Shown: positions 1 to 10,985, counted from the stretch's first letter. The stretch: 64,000 nt of DNA from Candidatus Omnitrophota bacterium (GCA_023248155.1 JAHFFE010000002.1:256864-320863), one strand, 5' to 3'. The notes: generated from the sequence alone by a model not told the origin. Translations and numbers: made by a program.

Positions 1-491
1 GCGGCCTCTACAAATCAAAGACGACGCTGATTTTCATCAACCAGCTGCGCGAAAAAATCGGCGTGATGTACGGCAATCCGGAAACCACGCCCGGCGGCCG
101 TGCGCTGAAATTTTACGCGTCGGTGCGGCTGGATATCCGCCGCATCGAGCATATCAAACAGGGCGATGTCGTGACCGGCAGCCGCGTGCGCGTGCGCGTG
201 GTCAAGAACAAGGTGGCGCCGCCGTTCCGGCAGGCCGAGTTTGAACTGCTGCACGAAGAAGGCATCTCGAAGATCGGTGATCTAATCGAGATAGGAACGG
301 CTACCGGTGTTTTGCAGAAATCCGGAACCTGGCTGACCTACGGCGAGGTAAAGCTCGGGCAGGGCAAAGACAACGCCCGCAATTACCTGAAGGAAAATCC
401 CAGCTTGCTGTCGGAGCTGGAAGTAAAGGTTCGGGAAAAATTCAGCGCCGGCAATCAGCCGATAGCGACGGCTCCCAGTTCGTCGGGCTGA
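1..491 (+). CDS. recA: RecA recombinase, C-terminal part (5' end outside window)
   Basis: [36 protein letters not shown] and [10 protein letters not shown] motifs; stop TGA 489-491. Confidence 0.98.
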   Translation, partial: GLYKSKTTLIFINQLREKIGVMYGNPETTPGGRALKFYASVRLDIRRIEHIKQGDVVTGSRVRVRVVKNKVAPPFRQAEFELLHEEGISKIGDLIEIGTATGVLQKSGTWLTYGEVKLGQGKDNARNYLKENPSLLSELEVKVREKFSAGNQPIATAPSSSG

Positions 492-539
492 GCCTGATTG
501 GTTAAAACGGATTTGATATAAATCCGGTTACAAAAAGAG

Positions 540-580
540 ACAGCGTGTCGTGGCAGAAGTACCGCCCGGCACGCTGTTTT
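540..580 (+). terminator. Probable intrinsic terminator after recA
   Basis: Stem ACAGCGTGTCG (540-550) / CGGCACGCTGT (567-577) followed by a short T-run. Confidence 0.5.
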
Positions 581-605
581 ACTCCGGGGAATAAAGGATA
601 AAAGA

Positions 606-2063
606 ATGAGAAAACAAAAAATTCTTTCGATCTGCGCGCTCGTCTTATCGGGCGCGTTGGTTTTTTTTGCGGTTCCGCTGCGCGCCGAAGACGTCATGGT
701 TGTGCCCAGCCTGGCTGAACAATTGCAGAACCAGTTTACCGATGTGGCCAAAAAAGTCGGCCCGGCGGTTGTTTCGATTTCAACCGAAGTAGTACAGCGC
801 GTCCCGATGCGGCAGTATCCGTTCGGCGAATCGGTCGAGGGCGGCAATCCCGATGAGTTGTTCGACCAGTTTTTGCGCGACTTTTTTGGCGAGGCGCCGT
901 CGCGCGAGTTCAAACAGCGCGGTTTGGGAACCGGCGTGATCATCAATTCCAACGGGTATGTGTTGACGAATGAACATGTGGTGCATGGCGCCACGAGCAT
1001 GACCGTGACATTGCCCGACGGCCGCAAATTTGAGGGAACGCTCAAGGCCGCCGATTTTCGTTCCGATCTGGCGGTCATCAAGATCGATGCCAAAGAACTT
1101 CCGGCCGTTGAACTGGGTGATTCGTCGCAGGTGCAATCCGGGCAGTGGGCGATTGCCGTGGGCAATCCGTTTGGGTTCGCCGTCGGCGGAACCGAGCCGA
1201 GCATCACGGTGGGCGTCGTTTCGGCGGTGCACCGCTCCATCCGTATCGGCGGGCCTGACCGCGATTATTCCGACTTGATCCAGACCGACGCGGCGATCAA
1301 TCCGGGCAACAGCGGCGGGCCGCTGGTCGACTTGAATGGAAAAGTGATTGGAATCAATGTGGCGATTTTTTCGACAACCGGCGGGTATCAGGGGATCGGT
1401 TTTGCGATTCCATCCGATACCGTGAAATCGGTCATTGAGAATTTAATCCAGGGCCGCGCCGTCAGTTACGGCTGGATGGGCTTGAATGTGCAGGAAATCA
1501 CCGCCGATCTGCAGCAGCATTTCGGTCTTCAATCCGACGCCGGCGTGATTATCGCCCAGGTGATGCCCGGTTCTCCGGCGCGCAAGGCCGGTCTGAAAGA
1601 CGGCGACGTGATTACCGAATGGAACGGCGAGCCGATCCGCAATGTGCCAGATCTGCTGGCGCGGGTTTCCAAAGCGCGCGTCGGACAAAATGTACAACTT
1701 AAAATAATCCGGGAAGGCCGGACGATCGATGTAACGGCCGAAGTCGGGCCCCGGCCGCTGCAGCAGGAAATGCCTTCTCCGAAGGGCGGTCTTGTTTGGC
1801 GCGGGTTGCGCGTGACCGCGTTAACGCCGGAATTGGCGCGCCAATACCAGTGGGGGCCGCAGCAGCTCGGCGGCGTGGTCGTGATTGACGTCGAGGAAAA
1901 TTCGCCGGCCCAGCGCGCCGGTCTGCAGGTCGGCGATCTGATTCTGGAACTCGACCGCCAGCCGGTCGCGTCAGTGGAGGAGTTTCAATCGCTGGCCGGG
2001 AAGAAAAACAAAGAGGATCTGTTGGTCAAGACCTCGCGCGGATTTTTTGTTTTGCGTGAATGA
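606..2063 (+). CDS. htrA: HtrA/DegP/DegQ-family periplasmic serine protease with two PDZ domains
   Basis: Signal peptide; TNEHVV, DLAVIK, QTDAAINPGNSGGPL triad motifs; two PDZ-like segments. Confidence 0.95.
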   Translation: MRKQKILSICALVLSGALVFFAVPLRAEDVMVVPSLAEQLQNQFTDVAKKVGPAVVSISTEVVQRVPMRQYPFGESVEGGNPDELFDQFLRDFFGEAPSREFKQRGLGTGVIINSNGYVLTNEHVVHGATSMTVTLPDGRKFEGTLKAADFRSDLAVIKIDAKELPAVELGDSSQVQSGQWAIAVGNPFGFAVGGTEPSITVGVVSAVHRSIRIGGPDRDYSDLIQTDAAINPGNSGGPLVDLNGKVIGINVAIFSTTGGYQGIGFAIPSDTVKSVIENLIQGRAVSYGWMGLNVQEITADLQQHFGLQSDAGVIIAQVMPGSPARKAGLKDGDVITEWNGEPIRNVPDLLARVSKARVGQNVQLKIIREGRTIDVTAEVGPRPLQQEMPSPKGGLVWRGLRVTALTPELARQYQWGPQQLGGVVVIDVEENSPAQRAGLQVGDLILELDRQPVASVEEFQSLAGKKNKEDLLVKTSRGFFVLRE

Positions 2064-2548
2064 TGGACACGCTCGAAGAGGATATTAAGCAGGCACGCTT
2101 CAAGGCGTTTAATCTTCTGAAATTCCGTTTGCGCAGTGAGAAAGAATTGCGTCAGCGGCTGGCCGAAAAAGGGTTTTCAGACACGGTGCTCGACCGGCTC
2201 ATGGAAGATTTAAAGGCCAAAGGGTTTCTGGACGACGCGAAACTGGCACGGCTGATGGCCGCGCAGAAAGTCGCGTTTAAGCCGGTGGGCCGGCGGTTGA
2301 TGCTCGCGCAATTAAAAGCCAAAGGGATTGACGCGTCGCTGGCGCAAAACGCGATTGAGACCGAAACGGCCGGGCAGGATGAAGCCGCCGTGGTTCGCGA
2401 ACTGGCCCGGAAGAAATTTTCCAGTATGAAAGGCCTTGAGCCGGCGGCCGCCGAACGGCGGTTGATCGGTTTTCTGGCGCGGCGCGGATTTCCGGCCAGC
2501 GTGGTTTACCGCGTGGCGCGCGAATTAATTAAAGAGGGAATCGAGTGA
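2060..2548 (+). CDS. recX: RecX regulatory protein
   Basis: LLKFRLRSEKELRQRL, GFLDD, FLARRGF motifs; near recA, upstream of alaS. Confidence 0.92.
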   Translation: MMDTLEEDIKQARFKAFNLLKFRLRSEKELRQRLAEKGFSDTVLDRLMEDLKAKGFLDDAKLARLMAAQKVAFKPVGRRLMLAQLKAKGIDASLAQNAIETETAGQDEAAVVRELARKKFSSMKGLEPAAAERRLIGFLARRGFPASVVYRVARELIKEGIE

Positions 2549-5115
2549 CAGGATCGGAATTAAGAAAAAAGTTTCTGGAATTTTTCCGGAGCAAACAGCA
2601 TACGGTGGTTGCCAGCGATTCGCTGGTGCCGGCCAATGATCCGTCGCTGCTGTTCACCGGCGCGGGCATGAACCAGTTCAAGGATAATTTTCTGGGAGTG
2701 AAGCGCGATTTAAAGCGGGCGGCCAGCTGCCAGAAATGCGTTCGCACCGGCGATGTCGACGAAGTCGGCAAGACCGCGTCGCACCTGACCTTTTTTGAAA
2801 TGCTGGGTAATTTTTCGTTCGGCGATTATTTCAAGCCGGAGGCGATCGCCTGGGGCTGGGAGTTTTTGACGAAAGAACTGAAAATTCCGGCCGCAAAATT
2901 ATGCATCTCGGTTTATGAGTCGGACGAAGAAGCGGCCGCGATCTGGGTCGAAAAGATCGGCCTGGCTCCGGATCGGATTTTCCGCTTCGGCGCGAAAGAT
3001 AATTTCTGGCCGTCGAACGCGCCGGCCGACGGACCCAACGGTCCGTGCGGTCCCTGTTCCGAAATCTATTTCGATTATGGCCGGTCGCTGCCGGGCAAGA
3101 TTTGTCCCGACGAAAAGAAATGCAACCCGGCCTGCAAGTGCGGCCGGTTCGTCGAGGTTTGGAATTTGGTTTTCACGCAGTTTGACCGCCAGCCCGATGG
3201 GTCATTGCCGCCGCTGCCGGCCAAGAACATTGATACCGGCATGGGGCTCGAGCGATTGACTGCCGTCATGCAGGACAAGATGGCCGTTTTTGAGACCGAT
3301 TTGTTCGAGCCGATTGTGGCCGAGGTTCGTAAACTGGCTTCCGGTTCCGGCGATCTGCCAAAGCCGATCCTGTATGTGATCGCCGATCATGCGCGCGCGC
3401 TGACCTTTTTAATCGGCGACGGCGTGATTCCGTCCAACGAGAAGCGCGGATATGTGGTGCGCAAACTGTTGCGCAAAGCGGTGGGCGCCGGGCGGACGGT
3501 CGGGATTAATAAACCGTTTCTGCACAAACTAATTCCGGCGGTAATTCAAATTATGAAAGATGCTTATCCGGAACTGGAGAGCCGCCAGAACGCGATTGCG
3601 CAGACCATTTTGTCGGAAGAGGAACGGTTCATTCAGACGCTGGAACAAAAGATGCCGTTGCTGGAAGAAGAGATCCGTTCGTTAAAAGAAAAAGTTCTTC
3701 CGGCCGACCGCGCCGCTCGTTTCTACGATACGAACGGGCTTCCGTATGAATTGATTGCCGAGAGATGCCGTCAGGAAAATGTGAAGCCGCCCTCCGAGGC
3801 CGAATTTGAGAAGGCGCTGGAGGAATTGCAGGTCAAATCAAGAAGCGCCAGCGGGTTCAGTAAAGATATTTTTGCGAAGGATAAGCTGGCCGAACTGCTG
3901 GCCTCAGTGCCGCCAACCCGGTTTTTGGGATATGAAGTAAAACAGAATAAGGCATCGAAAATTCTTTGTTTGGTGGAGAATGAAAAGAAGGTCGATGTGG
4001 TTTTGGATGCCACGCCTTTTTACGGCGAATCGGGCGGGCAGGTGGGCGACACTGGTTTAATCAAAACGCCGGATGCCGAATTAAAAGTGACCGATACGCA
4101 ATGGGTCGGCAAAGTGCTGGTTCATCGCGCGGAACTGGTCCGCGGAAAAATCCGGGAAGGTGATTTGGTTTCTGCCGAGGTAGACCAAGGACAGCGGCAG
4201 AAGACTGCGCGAAATCATACGGCCACGCATCTGCTGCATGCGGCGCTGCGCAAGGTTTTGGGAGAGCATGTGATCCAGGCCGGATCGCTGGTCGCCCCGG
4301 ACCGTTTGCGGTTTGATTTTTCTCACTCGAAAGCATTGACCGCTTCCGAAAAACAGACTGTCGAAGAAATGGTGAATGGCTGGGTGAAATCGGGTTTTCC
4401 GGTTTCGGTCCAGCAGATGCCGGTCGAGCAGGCGAAAAAATCAGGCGCCATGGCGCTGTTCGGCGAGAAATATGCGGCCGATGTGCGCGTCGTCTCGGTC
4501 GGCGGCGTTTCAAAAGAACTGTGCGGCGGTACGCACTTGTCGAACAGCGATGAAATCGGACTGGTCGCGATTGTCGGCGAGGGATCAGTGGCCGCCGGCA
4601 TGCGGCGCATTGAAGCGCTGACCGGAGAACAGGCGCAGGCCTTTTTGAAAGCCGAAACGGTGCGGCAGGGCGAAGAAAAAAAGCGGCTGGCCCAGCATGC
4701 AAAAGAAAAAGAGCAGGAAGCCAAAATTCAGAAAGAAAAAGTAAAAGAAGCACAGGACCAGGTCGGCAAATTGAAGAAGGAACGAATCGGACCGTTTGAT
4801 CTGTTCGCGATCCGGTTCGATCAGCCGATGGATCATTCTGTTCTGCGTCCGGTGGCCGATTCGATCCGGAAATCGGAACCGGAAGCGGTGATCTTTTTAA
4901 CCGATTCGCAGGGGTTTTGTCTGGCCGTCGTCGGTCCTCAAGCCCAGAAGCAGGGGGTTTCCGCCGGACAGTTGATTAAATTGGGAACGCAGATCGCCGG
5001 CGGTTCCGGCGGCGGCAAGGCCGATATCGCGCAGGGCCGGCTTAAAGAGCCGTCCAAAGTTGCCGAACTATTTGAGCGGATGAAGCAAACCCTTCTAGAA
5101 GGAGTGAAAACCTAG
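2545..5115 (+). CDS. alaS: Alanine--tRNA ligase
   Basis: DPSLLFTGAGMNQFK, HLTFFEMLGNFSFGDYFK, NHTATHLLH, ELCGGTH. Confidence 0.98.
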   Translation: MTGSELRKKFLEFFRSKQHTVVASDSLVPANDPSLLFTGAGMNQFKDNFLGVKRDLKRAASCQKCVRTGDVDEVGKTASHLTFFEMLGNFSFGDYFKPEAIAWGWEFLTKELKIPAAKLCISVYESDEEAAAIWVEKIGLAPDRIFRFGAKDNFWPSNAPADGPNGPCGPCSEIYFDYGRSLPGKICPDEKKCNPACKCGRFVEVWNLVFTQFDRQPDGSLPPLPAKNIDTGMGLERLTAVMQDKMAVFETDLFEPIVAEVRKLASGSGDLPKPILYVIADHARALTFLIGDGVIPSNEKRGYVVRKLLRKAVGAGRTVGINKPFLHKLIPAVIQIMKDAYPELESRQNAIAQTILSEEERFIQTLEQKMPLLEEEIRSLKEKVLPADRAARFYDTNGLPYELIAERCRQENVKPPSEAEFEKALEELQVKSRSASGFSKDIFAKDKLAELLASVPPTRFLGYEVKQNKASKILCLVENEKKVDVVLDATPFYGESGGQVGDTGLIKTPDAELKVTDTQWVGKVLVHRAELVRGKIREGDLVSAEVDQGQRQKTARNHTATHLLHAALRKVLGEHVIQAGSLVAPDRLRFDFSHSKALTASEKQTVEEMVNGWVKSGFPVSVQQMPVEQAKKSGAMALFGEKYAADVRVVSVGGVSKELCGGTHLSNSDEIGLVAIVGEGSVAAGMRRIEALTGEQAQAFLKAETVRQGEEKKRLAQHAKEKEQEAKIQKEKVKEAQDQVGKLKKERIGPFDLFAIRFDQPMDHSVLRPVADSIRKSEPEAVIFLTDSQGFCLAVVGPQAQKQGVSAGQLIKLGTQIAGGSGGGKADIAQGRLKEPSKVAELFERMKQTLLEGVKT

Positions 5116-5117
5116 TC

Positions 5118-6356
5118 GTGCGTATTATTCGAGTCAACAGCAGGGAATGGAACAAGCTGGTTCAGCGTGGATTTCTGCGCCGCGTTCGTGTGGAAGAATC
5201 GGTCCGCAAGATTGTCAATTCGGTCCGCTCCGACGGCGATGCGGCCGTGCTGCGCTACACGCGCAAATTCGACAACGTTAAACTGACGCCGCGTACGCTG
5301 AAGGTCAGCGAGGCCGAAATTTCGGCGGCGTTTCAGAACATCGAGCCGAAACTGGTCGCTTCGCTGAAAAAGGTGATCGAGAACATCAACCGGTTTTACA
5401 AGCATTCGGTGAAGAAACCGTGGCGCACGCGTGATGAAAACGGCGTGGTGCTCGGTGAGATCCCGGTTCCGCTCGACCGCGTCGGCGTTTATGTGCCGTC
5501 GGGTACGGCGCCGCTGGTCTCCACCGTTTACATGACCGTGATGCCGGCCAAACTTGCCGGCGTGAAAGAAATTATTCTAGCCACGCCGCCGAAACCGGAC
5601 GGTTCGGTCGATCCGCATATTCTGGCGCTGGCGAACCTGTTGAAGGTGTCGGCCGTTTATAAAATGGGCGGCGCGCAGGCGATCGCCGCGATGGCGTTCG
5701 GCACAAAGACGGTTCCCAAAGTCGACAAGATCGTCGGACCGGGCAACGCGTATGTGACCGAAGCGAAGCGGCAGGTGTTCGGCTATGTCGACATCGACAT
5801 GACGGCCGGCCCGACCGAAATTGCCGTGATCGCCAATCATACGGCCAATCCGGACTATGTGGCGCACGACCTGGCGGCGGAAGGCGAACATCACCAGGGG
5901 CTGTCGATTTTAATCACCACTTCGAAGACACTGGCGAACATCGTTCGTCAGAAAGTGTCGCACGGATATATTGTGATGGCCAAGAATCTCGACGAAGCGG
6001 CTGAGATCGCCAATGCGATTGCGCCCGAACATCTCGAGATTCAGGTGAAGCGGCCCGAGCCGGTGCTGCGCAAGATTCGGCATGCCGGCGCGGTATTTAT
6101 CGGTGATTATTCGCCGGCGTCGGTGGGCGATTACGCAGCCGGTCCCAGCCATGTGCTTCCGACGGGCGGCACGGCCCGCTTTTTCTCGGGACTGGGCACG
6201 CGGGAATTTATAAAAACATTGCACCTGATCAGCTATACGAAGAAGGCGCTCGAGAACGACCGCGATATGATCGAACGGTTGGCCAAGATTGAAGGATTGA
6301 TCAAACATTGGGAATCGGTGCGCGTGCGGTTTGACAAAGACGACCAGGGGAAATAA
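5118..6356 (+). CDS. hisD: Histidinol dehydrogenase
   Basis: VGVYVPSG, GGAQAIAA, KIVGPGNAYV, APEHLE, GDYAAGPSHVLPTGG. Confidence 0.96.
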   Translation: MRIIRVNSREWNKLVQRGFLRRVRVEESVRKIVNSVRSDGDAAVLRYTRKFDNVKLTPRTLKVSEAEISAAFQNIEPKLVASLKKVIENINRFYKHSVKKPWRTRDENGVVLGEIPVPLDRVGVYVPSGTAPLVSTVYMTVMPAKLAGVKEIILATPPKPDGSVDPHILALANLLKVSAVYKMGGAQAIAAMAFGTKTVPKVDKIVGPGNAYVTEAKRQVFGYVDIDMTAGPTEIAVIANHTANPDYVAHDLAAEGEHHQGLSILITTSKTLANIVRQKVSHGYIVMAKNLDEAAEIANAIAPEHLEIQVKRPEPVLRKIRHAGAVFIGDYSPASVGDYAAGPSHVLPTGGTARFFSGLGTREFIKTLHLISYTKKALENDRDMIERLAKIEGLIKHWESVRVRFDKDDQGK

Positions 6357-6363
6357 TAAACCA

Positions 6364-7002
6364 ATGAAATCACGCAAAGCAAAAATCATCCGGGACACGA
6401 GCGAAGTTCGCATTCAGGGGACCATCAACCTGGACGGGACGGGGAAATATTCCGTTTCGACCGGCATCCGGTTTTTGGATCATATGCTGGAACTGTTCGC
6501 CAAGCATGGTTTATTCGATATCACGCTGCGTGCCAAGGGCGATATGGACATCGATCTGCACCACACCAACGAAGATGTCGGGTTGGCGCTCGGCGAAGCG
6601 TTTAAGAAAGCGCTGGGCGACAAAAAAGGAATCCGCCGGATGGGCGCCTGCTATGTTCCGATGGATGAGACGCTCTCGCGCGTGCGCGCCGTCGTCGACA
6701 TCAGCGGACGGCCGCACATGGATTTCGGCTGGGCGGCAGGCCAGAAAGAGGCGCTCTACACGCACGGCCGTACCAAAGCGCTGCGCCGCGTTCCGTACGA
6801 TCTGGCCGACACCAAACATTTCCTGGAAAGTTTTTCCGCGAAAAGCGGTGTCACGCTGCATGTCGATGTGTTGAAGGCCGGCGGCGATATCCATCACTTG
6901 CTGGAGTCGGTCTTTAAGGCCTGGGCCCGCGCGATGCGGCAGGCCGTCGAAGTCGATTCCCGCGGGCGCGGAATTCTTCCCTCGACGAAGGGCAAACTGT
7001 AA
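6364..7002 (+). CDS. hisB: Imidazoleglycerol-phosphate dehydratase
   Basis: FLDHML, DLHHTNEDVG, HHLLESVFKA, PSTKG; start taken as ATG 6364. Confidence 0.96.
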   Translation: MKSRKAKIIRDTSEVRIQGTINLDGTGKYSVSTGIRFLDHMLELFAKHGLFDITLRAKGDMDIDLHHTNEDVGLALGEAFKKALGDKKGIRRMGACYVPMDETLSRVRAVVDISGRPHMDFGWAAGQKEALYTHGRTKALRRVPYDLADTKHFLESFSAKSGVTLHVDVLKAGGDIHHLLESVFKAWARAMRQAVEVDSRGRGILPSTKGKL

Positions 7003-7006
7003 TCGG

Positions 7007-7624
7007 ATGATTGTTATTGTCGATTATGGAATGGGGAATCTTTCCTCGGTCCGCAAAGCGTTTCAGTTTCTGAAGGTTCCGGCAAAAATTAGTTCGGACC
7101 CGAAGCAGGTGGCACGCGCGCAGGCGCTGGTGCTGCCGGGCGTTGGCGCGTTCGGCGAGGCAATGACCGAATTGCGAAAACGGAAACTGATCGAACCGCT
7201 GCGCGAAGCGGTGAATGCAGGGAAGCCGTTTCTGGGGATCTGCCTGGGTCTGCAGCTGTTGTTCGAATCGAGCGAGGAATCGCCGCGCGTGAAAGGGCTG
7301 GCGCTTTTGCCGGGCCGCGTGAAGCGGTTTTCGCGCGCGAGCGGTTTGAAAATACCGCAGATGGGCTGGAACCAGATCGAGAAATCATCGGCGCGGGATC
7401 CGCTGCTGAAGGGAATTCCGGACAACTCCTTTTTTTATTTTGTGCACGGCTATTACGCCGTTCCGTCAAAGCGTTCACAGGTTTTGGCGTCGACGCGCTA
7501 CAGCGAACGGTTTCCATCGATTGTTTCGAATGGGAAAAATTTATGGGCGACGCAGTTCCACCCGGAGAAAAGCCAGAAATGGGGTTTGAAATTGCTGCGT
7601 AATTTCGGGGAGATCGCGCGATGA
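7007..7624 (+). CDS. hisH: Imidazole glycerol phosphate synthase glutaminase subunit
   Basis: DYGMGNL, LPGVGAF, GICLGLQ, QFHPEKS. Confidence 0.97.
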   Translation: MIVIVDYGMGNLSSVRKAFQFLKVPAKISSDPKQVARAQALVLPGVGAFGEAMTELRKRKLIEPLREAVNAGKPFLGICLGLQLLFESSEESPRVKGLALLPGRVKRFSRASGLKIPQMGWNQIEKSSARDPLLKGIPDNSFFYFVHGYYAVPSKRSQVLASTRYSERFPSIVSNGKNLWATQFHPEKSQKWGLKLLRNFGEIAR

Positions 7625-8376
7625 TCGTTATTCCGGCCATTGATATGCGCGGCGGAAAAGTGGTCCGCCTGATTCAGGGTGATTTCTCGAAACAGATCAC
7701 CTACGGCGATGATCCCGTCGCGGTGGCGCGGCAATGGGCTGAGGCCGGCGCGCAGCGCCTGCACTTGGTTGATCTCGACGGCGCAAAAACAGGAACGCCG
7801 CATCATCTGCAGCAGGTCTCCGAGATCGCGAAAGCGGTGAAGGTTCCGGTGCAGATCGGCGGAGGGATCCGCAGTTTCGAAACGATCGACGATTATTTGA
7901 AAGCCGGCGTGGCCTCCGTGATTTTGGGAACTAAAGCCTGCATGGACAAGCCGTTCATGGATGAGGTGGCGAAAAGGTATTCAGGATATATCGCGGCAGC
8001 CGTTGACGTGAAAGAGGGCCGCGTTTCCGTGGAAGGCTGGGCGGCGCAGGGCGGGCTGTTGGCCGATCAGGCGGTGGAACAATTGTTAGAGCAGGGCGTC
8101 GGCACGATCATTTACACCGAGATCGCGCGCGACGGCATGATGAACGGTCCGGCGATTGAGCGGTACAAGCAGCTGCTGGGCCTGATCAAGAAACGGGCGC
8201 GGCTGATCGCATCGGGCGGCATTCATTCTCTGGACGATTTATTGAAACTGAAAGAACTGGAACCGGAAGGATTATGGGGCGCGATCACCGGCCGCGCGCT
8301 GTACGACGGAAAAATTAACCTGAAAGAAGCCATTCAAAAATGTTCGCCAAGCGGATCATTCCCTGCCTCGACATAA
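7621..8376 (+). CDS. hisA: ProFAR isomerase
   Basis: [29 protein letters not shown]. Confidence 0.97.
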   Translation: MIVIPAIDMRGGKVVRLIQGDFSKQITYGDDPVAVARQWAEAGAQRLHLVDLDGAKTGTPHHLQQVSEIAKAVKVPVQIGGGIRSFETIDDYLKAGVASVILGTKACMDKPFMDEVAKRYSGYIAAAVDVKEGRVSVEGWAAQGGLLADQAVEQLLEQGVGTIIYTEIARDGMMNGPAIERYKQLLGLIKKRARLIASGGIHSLDDLLKLKELEPEGLWGAITGRALYDGKINLKEAIQKCSPSGSFPAST

Positions 8377-9107
8377 AAAACGGGCGGGTCGTTAAAGGGA
8401 TCCGGTTTCTGAAACTGAAAGACGCCGGAGATCCGGTCGAGACGGCGCGCCGCTACGAACAGCAGGGCGCCGATGAGCTGGTTTTTCTCGATATTACGGC
8501 GTCGGCGCATGGGCGCAAGACGCGCGCGCAGCTGGCCAAACGCGTTTCGGAAGTATTGTTCATTCCGTTTACGGTCGGCGGCGGCATTAGTTCCGTTGAA
8601 GAGATGCGCGCGCTGTTGTCGCAGGGGTGCGACAAGATTTCGATCAATTCGTCCGCCGTGAAACGGCCGGCGTTGATTACCGAAGGTGCGCGCCGTTTCG
8701 GAAGCCAGTGCATCGTGGTGGCGATTGATGCCCGCAAAAAAGGAAAGCGCTGGGAAGTGTTCGTGCATGGCGGCCGCACGCCGACCGGCAAAGATGCGGT
8801 GGCCTGGGCGAAGGAAGCCGAGAAGCGCGGCGCCGGCGAGATTCTGCTGACTTCGATGGATCAGGACGGCATGAAGAACGGCTATGATCTTGAATTAACG
8901 CGCGCCGTGTCGCGCGCCGTGAATATTCCGGTGATCGCCTCGGGCGGCGCCGGGAATTTAAAGCATCTGGCCGACGCGTTTACGAAAGCGCGCGCCGACG
9001 CGGTGCTGGCGGCATCGATTTTTCATTTCGGAACGTTTACCGTTCCGCAGGCAAAACGGTATTTGAAGCGGCGGGGGATTCCCGTCCGAATTGAGGAGCG
9101 AGCATGA
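8340..9107 (+). CDS. hisF: Imidazole glycerol phosphate synthase cyclase subunit
   Basis: [35 protein letters not shown]. Confidence 0.98.
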   Translation: MFAKRIIPCLDIKNGRVVKGIRFLKLKDAGDPVETARRYEQQGADELVFLDITASAHGRKTRAQLAKRVSEVLFIPFTVGGGISSVEEMRALLSQGCDKISINSSAVKRPALITEGARRFGSQCIVVAIDARKKGKRWEVFVHGGRTPTGKDAVAWAKEAEKRGAGEILLTSMDQDGMKNGYDLELTRAVSRAVNIPVIASGGAGNLKHLADAFTKARADAVLAASIFHFGTFTVPQAKRYLKRRGIPVRIEERA

Positions 9108-9493
9108 AAAAAACATGGGTGGATGAAATCAAATTCGATTCCAACGGACTGGTGCCGGCGATCATTCAGGATTTCAAGACGGGCCAGGTATTGATGGTTG
9201 CTTACATGAACCGTGAAGCGGTGTTAAAAACACTTTCGACGAAGAAAGCGCACTTCTATTCGCGGTCGCGGCAGAAGCTATGGCTCAAAGGCGAAAGCTC
9301 CGGCCATGTCCAGAAAGTAAAATCAATTTCATTTGATTGCGACGGCGATGCGATTCTCGTGAAGGCCCAGCAGATCGGCGGCGCCTGCCACACCGGTTAT
9401 CGCACCTGTTTTTACCGCGTGCTCGATTCAAAAAAGAAATGGAAAGAAACAGGCAAAAAACTGTTTGATCCGGACAAGGTCTATAAAAAATAG
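9104..9493 (+). CDS. hisI: Phosphoribosyl-AMP cyclohydrolase (no fused HisE)
   Basis: [31 protein letters not shown]. Confidence 0.96.
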   Translation: MKKTWVDEIKFDSNGLVPAIIQDFKTGQVLMVAYMNREAVLKTLSTKKAHFYSRSRQKLWLKGESSGHVQKVKSISFDCDGDAILVKAQQIGGACHTGYRTCFYRVLDSKKKWKETGKKLFDPDKVYKK

Positions 9494-9497
9494 AACA

Positions 9498-10985
9498 ATG
9501 AAAGCGGCAAAAGTTTACCCATCAGCGGAACAGTTCGCAAAGTTGGCGAAGAAAGGGAATCTGGTCCCGGTTTGGACCGAGATCCCGGCCGACTTCGATA
9601 CGCCGCTGTCCGCTTATTTAAAACTGGAAGGAACCGGCCCGGCTTATTTATTGGAATCGGTAGAGCAGGGCGAGAAACTGGGCCGTTATTCATTTTTGGG
9701 CTCTTCGCCGCGATGGATTCTGGAATCAAAGGGCCGGCAGATGTCGCTGCGCGAAGGAAAGAAAATCCGGCGTTGGACGACCGCTTCCGATCCGCTGCGT
9801 GAACTGGAACTGTTGCTGGGCCGTTACCGTGCCGTTGAGACCGAAGGATTGCCCCGGTTTTCGGGAGGCGTGGTCGGTTATGCCGGTTATGAAATGGTCC
9901 GTTTTCTGGAACCGGTCGGTGCGGCGAAAAAAGACAAATTGGGCGTGCCCGACAGCATCTGGATGCTGAGCGATTCGGTGGTGGTTTTCGATCATGTCGA
10001 GCGCCGCATGAAACTGGTGGTCAACGCGTTGATTTCCGATGATCCCGCGCGTGCTTATCGCCAGGCGGTTCAAACGCTCAACCGGCTCACGCTGAAAATG
10101 AAAACGCCGCTGCGGTCTTCGGCTGCGCGCAAACCGGCGGCTGCTTCAAAGAAAGTCGCATCCAATTTAAGCAAGGCCGCTTTCGTGAAAGCGGTACGCG
10201 AAGCGAAGAAGGCGATTTCGGCCGGCGAGATTATTCAGGTGGTTTTGTCGCAGCGGTTTTCGCGGCGGGCATCGGTTCCGGCGTTCGATATTTACCGCGC
10301 GCTGCGGTCGATCAATCCGTCGCCTTATATGTTTTATCTGAACCTGGGCTCGTTCGCGCTGGCCGGAACTTCTCCTGAAATTCTGGTCCGGTGCGAAGAG
10401 GGTGTTGTGGAAACGCGCCCGATTGCCGGCACGCGCCGCCGCGGCAAAACAGCCGCCGCCGATTTGCAGATTGAACAGGGACTTAAGCGCGACCCGAAAG
10501 AACGGGCCGAGCATTTGATGCTGGCTGATCTGGGCCGCAATGACATCGGCCGCGTCTGCGAATATGGTTCGGTGAAACTGAGCGATTGGATGTCGGTCGA
10601 GCGCTACTCGCATGTGATGCATCTGGTCAGCAGTGTCGTCGGGAAATTGCGCAAAGGATTCACGGCGTTTGATGTTTTGCGCGCCGCGTTCCCGGCCGGC
10701 ACCGTGTCGGGCGCTCCGAAAGTGCGCGCGATGCAGATCATCAACGAATTGGAACCGGACGCGCGCGGGCCGTACGCCGGCGCCGTCGGCTACATTGGAT
10801 TTTCCGGAAACCTCGACACCTGCATTACGATTCGCACGGTGCTGGTGAAAAATAAAATCGCATCGGTGCAGGCAGGCGCCGGCATCGTGGCCGATTCCAA
10901 GCCGGAGCGGGAATATCAGGAAACGTGCAACAAGGCGGCCGGCATGCTGCGCGCCATTGATCTGGCGCAACGGGGACAATCGTAA
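9498..10985 (+). CDS. trpE: Anthranilate synthase component I
   Basis: LLESVE..GRYSF, NPSPYM, PIAGTR, KERAEHLML.DLGRND, FPAGTVSGAPK; start ATG 9498. Confidence 0.95.
   Translation: MKAAKVYPSAEQFAKLAKKGNLVPVWTEIPADFDTPLSAYLKLEGTGPAYLLESVEQGEKLGRYSFLGSSPRWILESKGRQMSLREGKKIRRWTTASDPLRELELLLGRYRAVETEGLPRFSGGVVGYAGYEMVRFLEPVGAAKKDKLGVPDSIWMLSDSVVVFDHVERRMKLVVNALISDDPARAYRQAVQTLNRLTLKMKTPLRSSAARKPAAASKKVASNLSKAAFVKAVREAKKAISAGEIIQVVLSQRFSRRASVPAFDIYRALRSINPSPYMFYLNLGSFALAGTSPEILVRCEEGVVETRPIAGTRRRGKTAAADLQIEQGLKRDPKERAEHLMLADLGRNDIGRVCEYGSVKLSDWMSVERYSHVMHLVSSVVGKLRKGFTAFDVLRAAFPAGTVSGAPKVRAMQIINELEPDARGPYAGAVGYIGFSGNLDTCITIRTVLVKNKIASVQAGAGIVADSKPEREYQETCNKAAGMLRAIDLAQRGQS

Noticed and set aside
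504-531. dif site (11-6-11 geometry)
   Set aside because: Arms do not resemble XerC/XerD binding sequences; kept only as an operator candidate.
3076-3150. Cys-rich insert in AlaRS (CPDEKKCNPACKC)
   Set aside because: Similar Cys-rich loops are common at this position in bacterial AlaRS.
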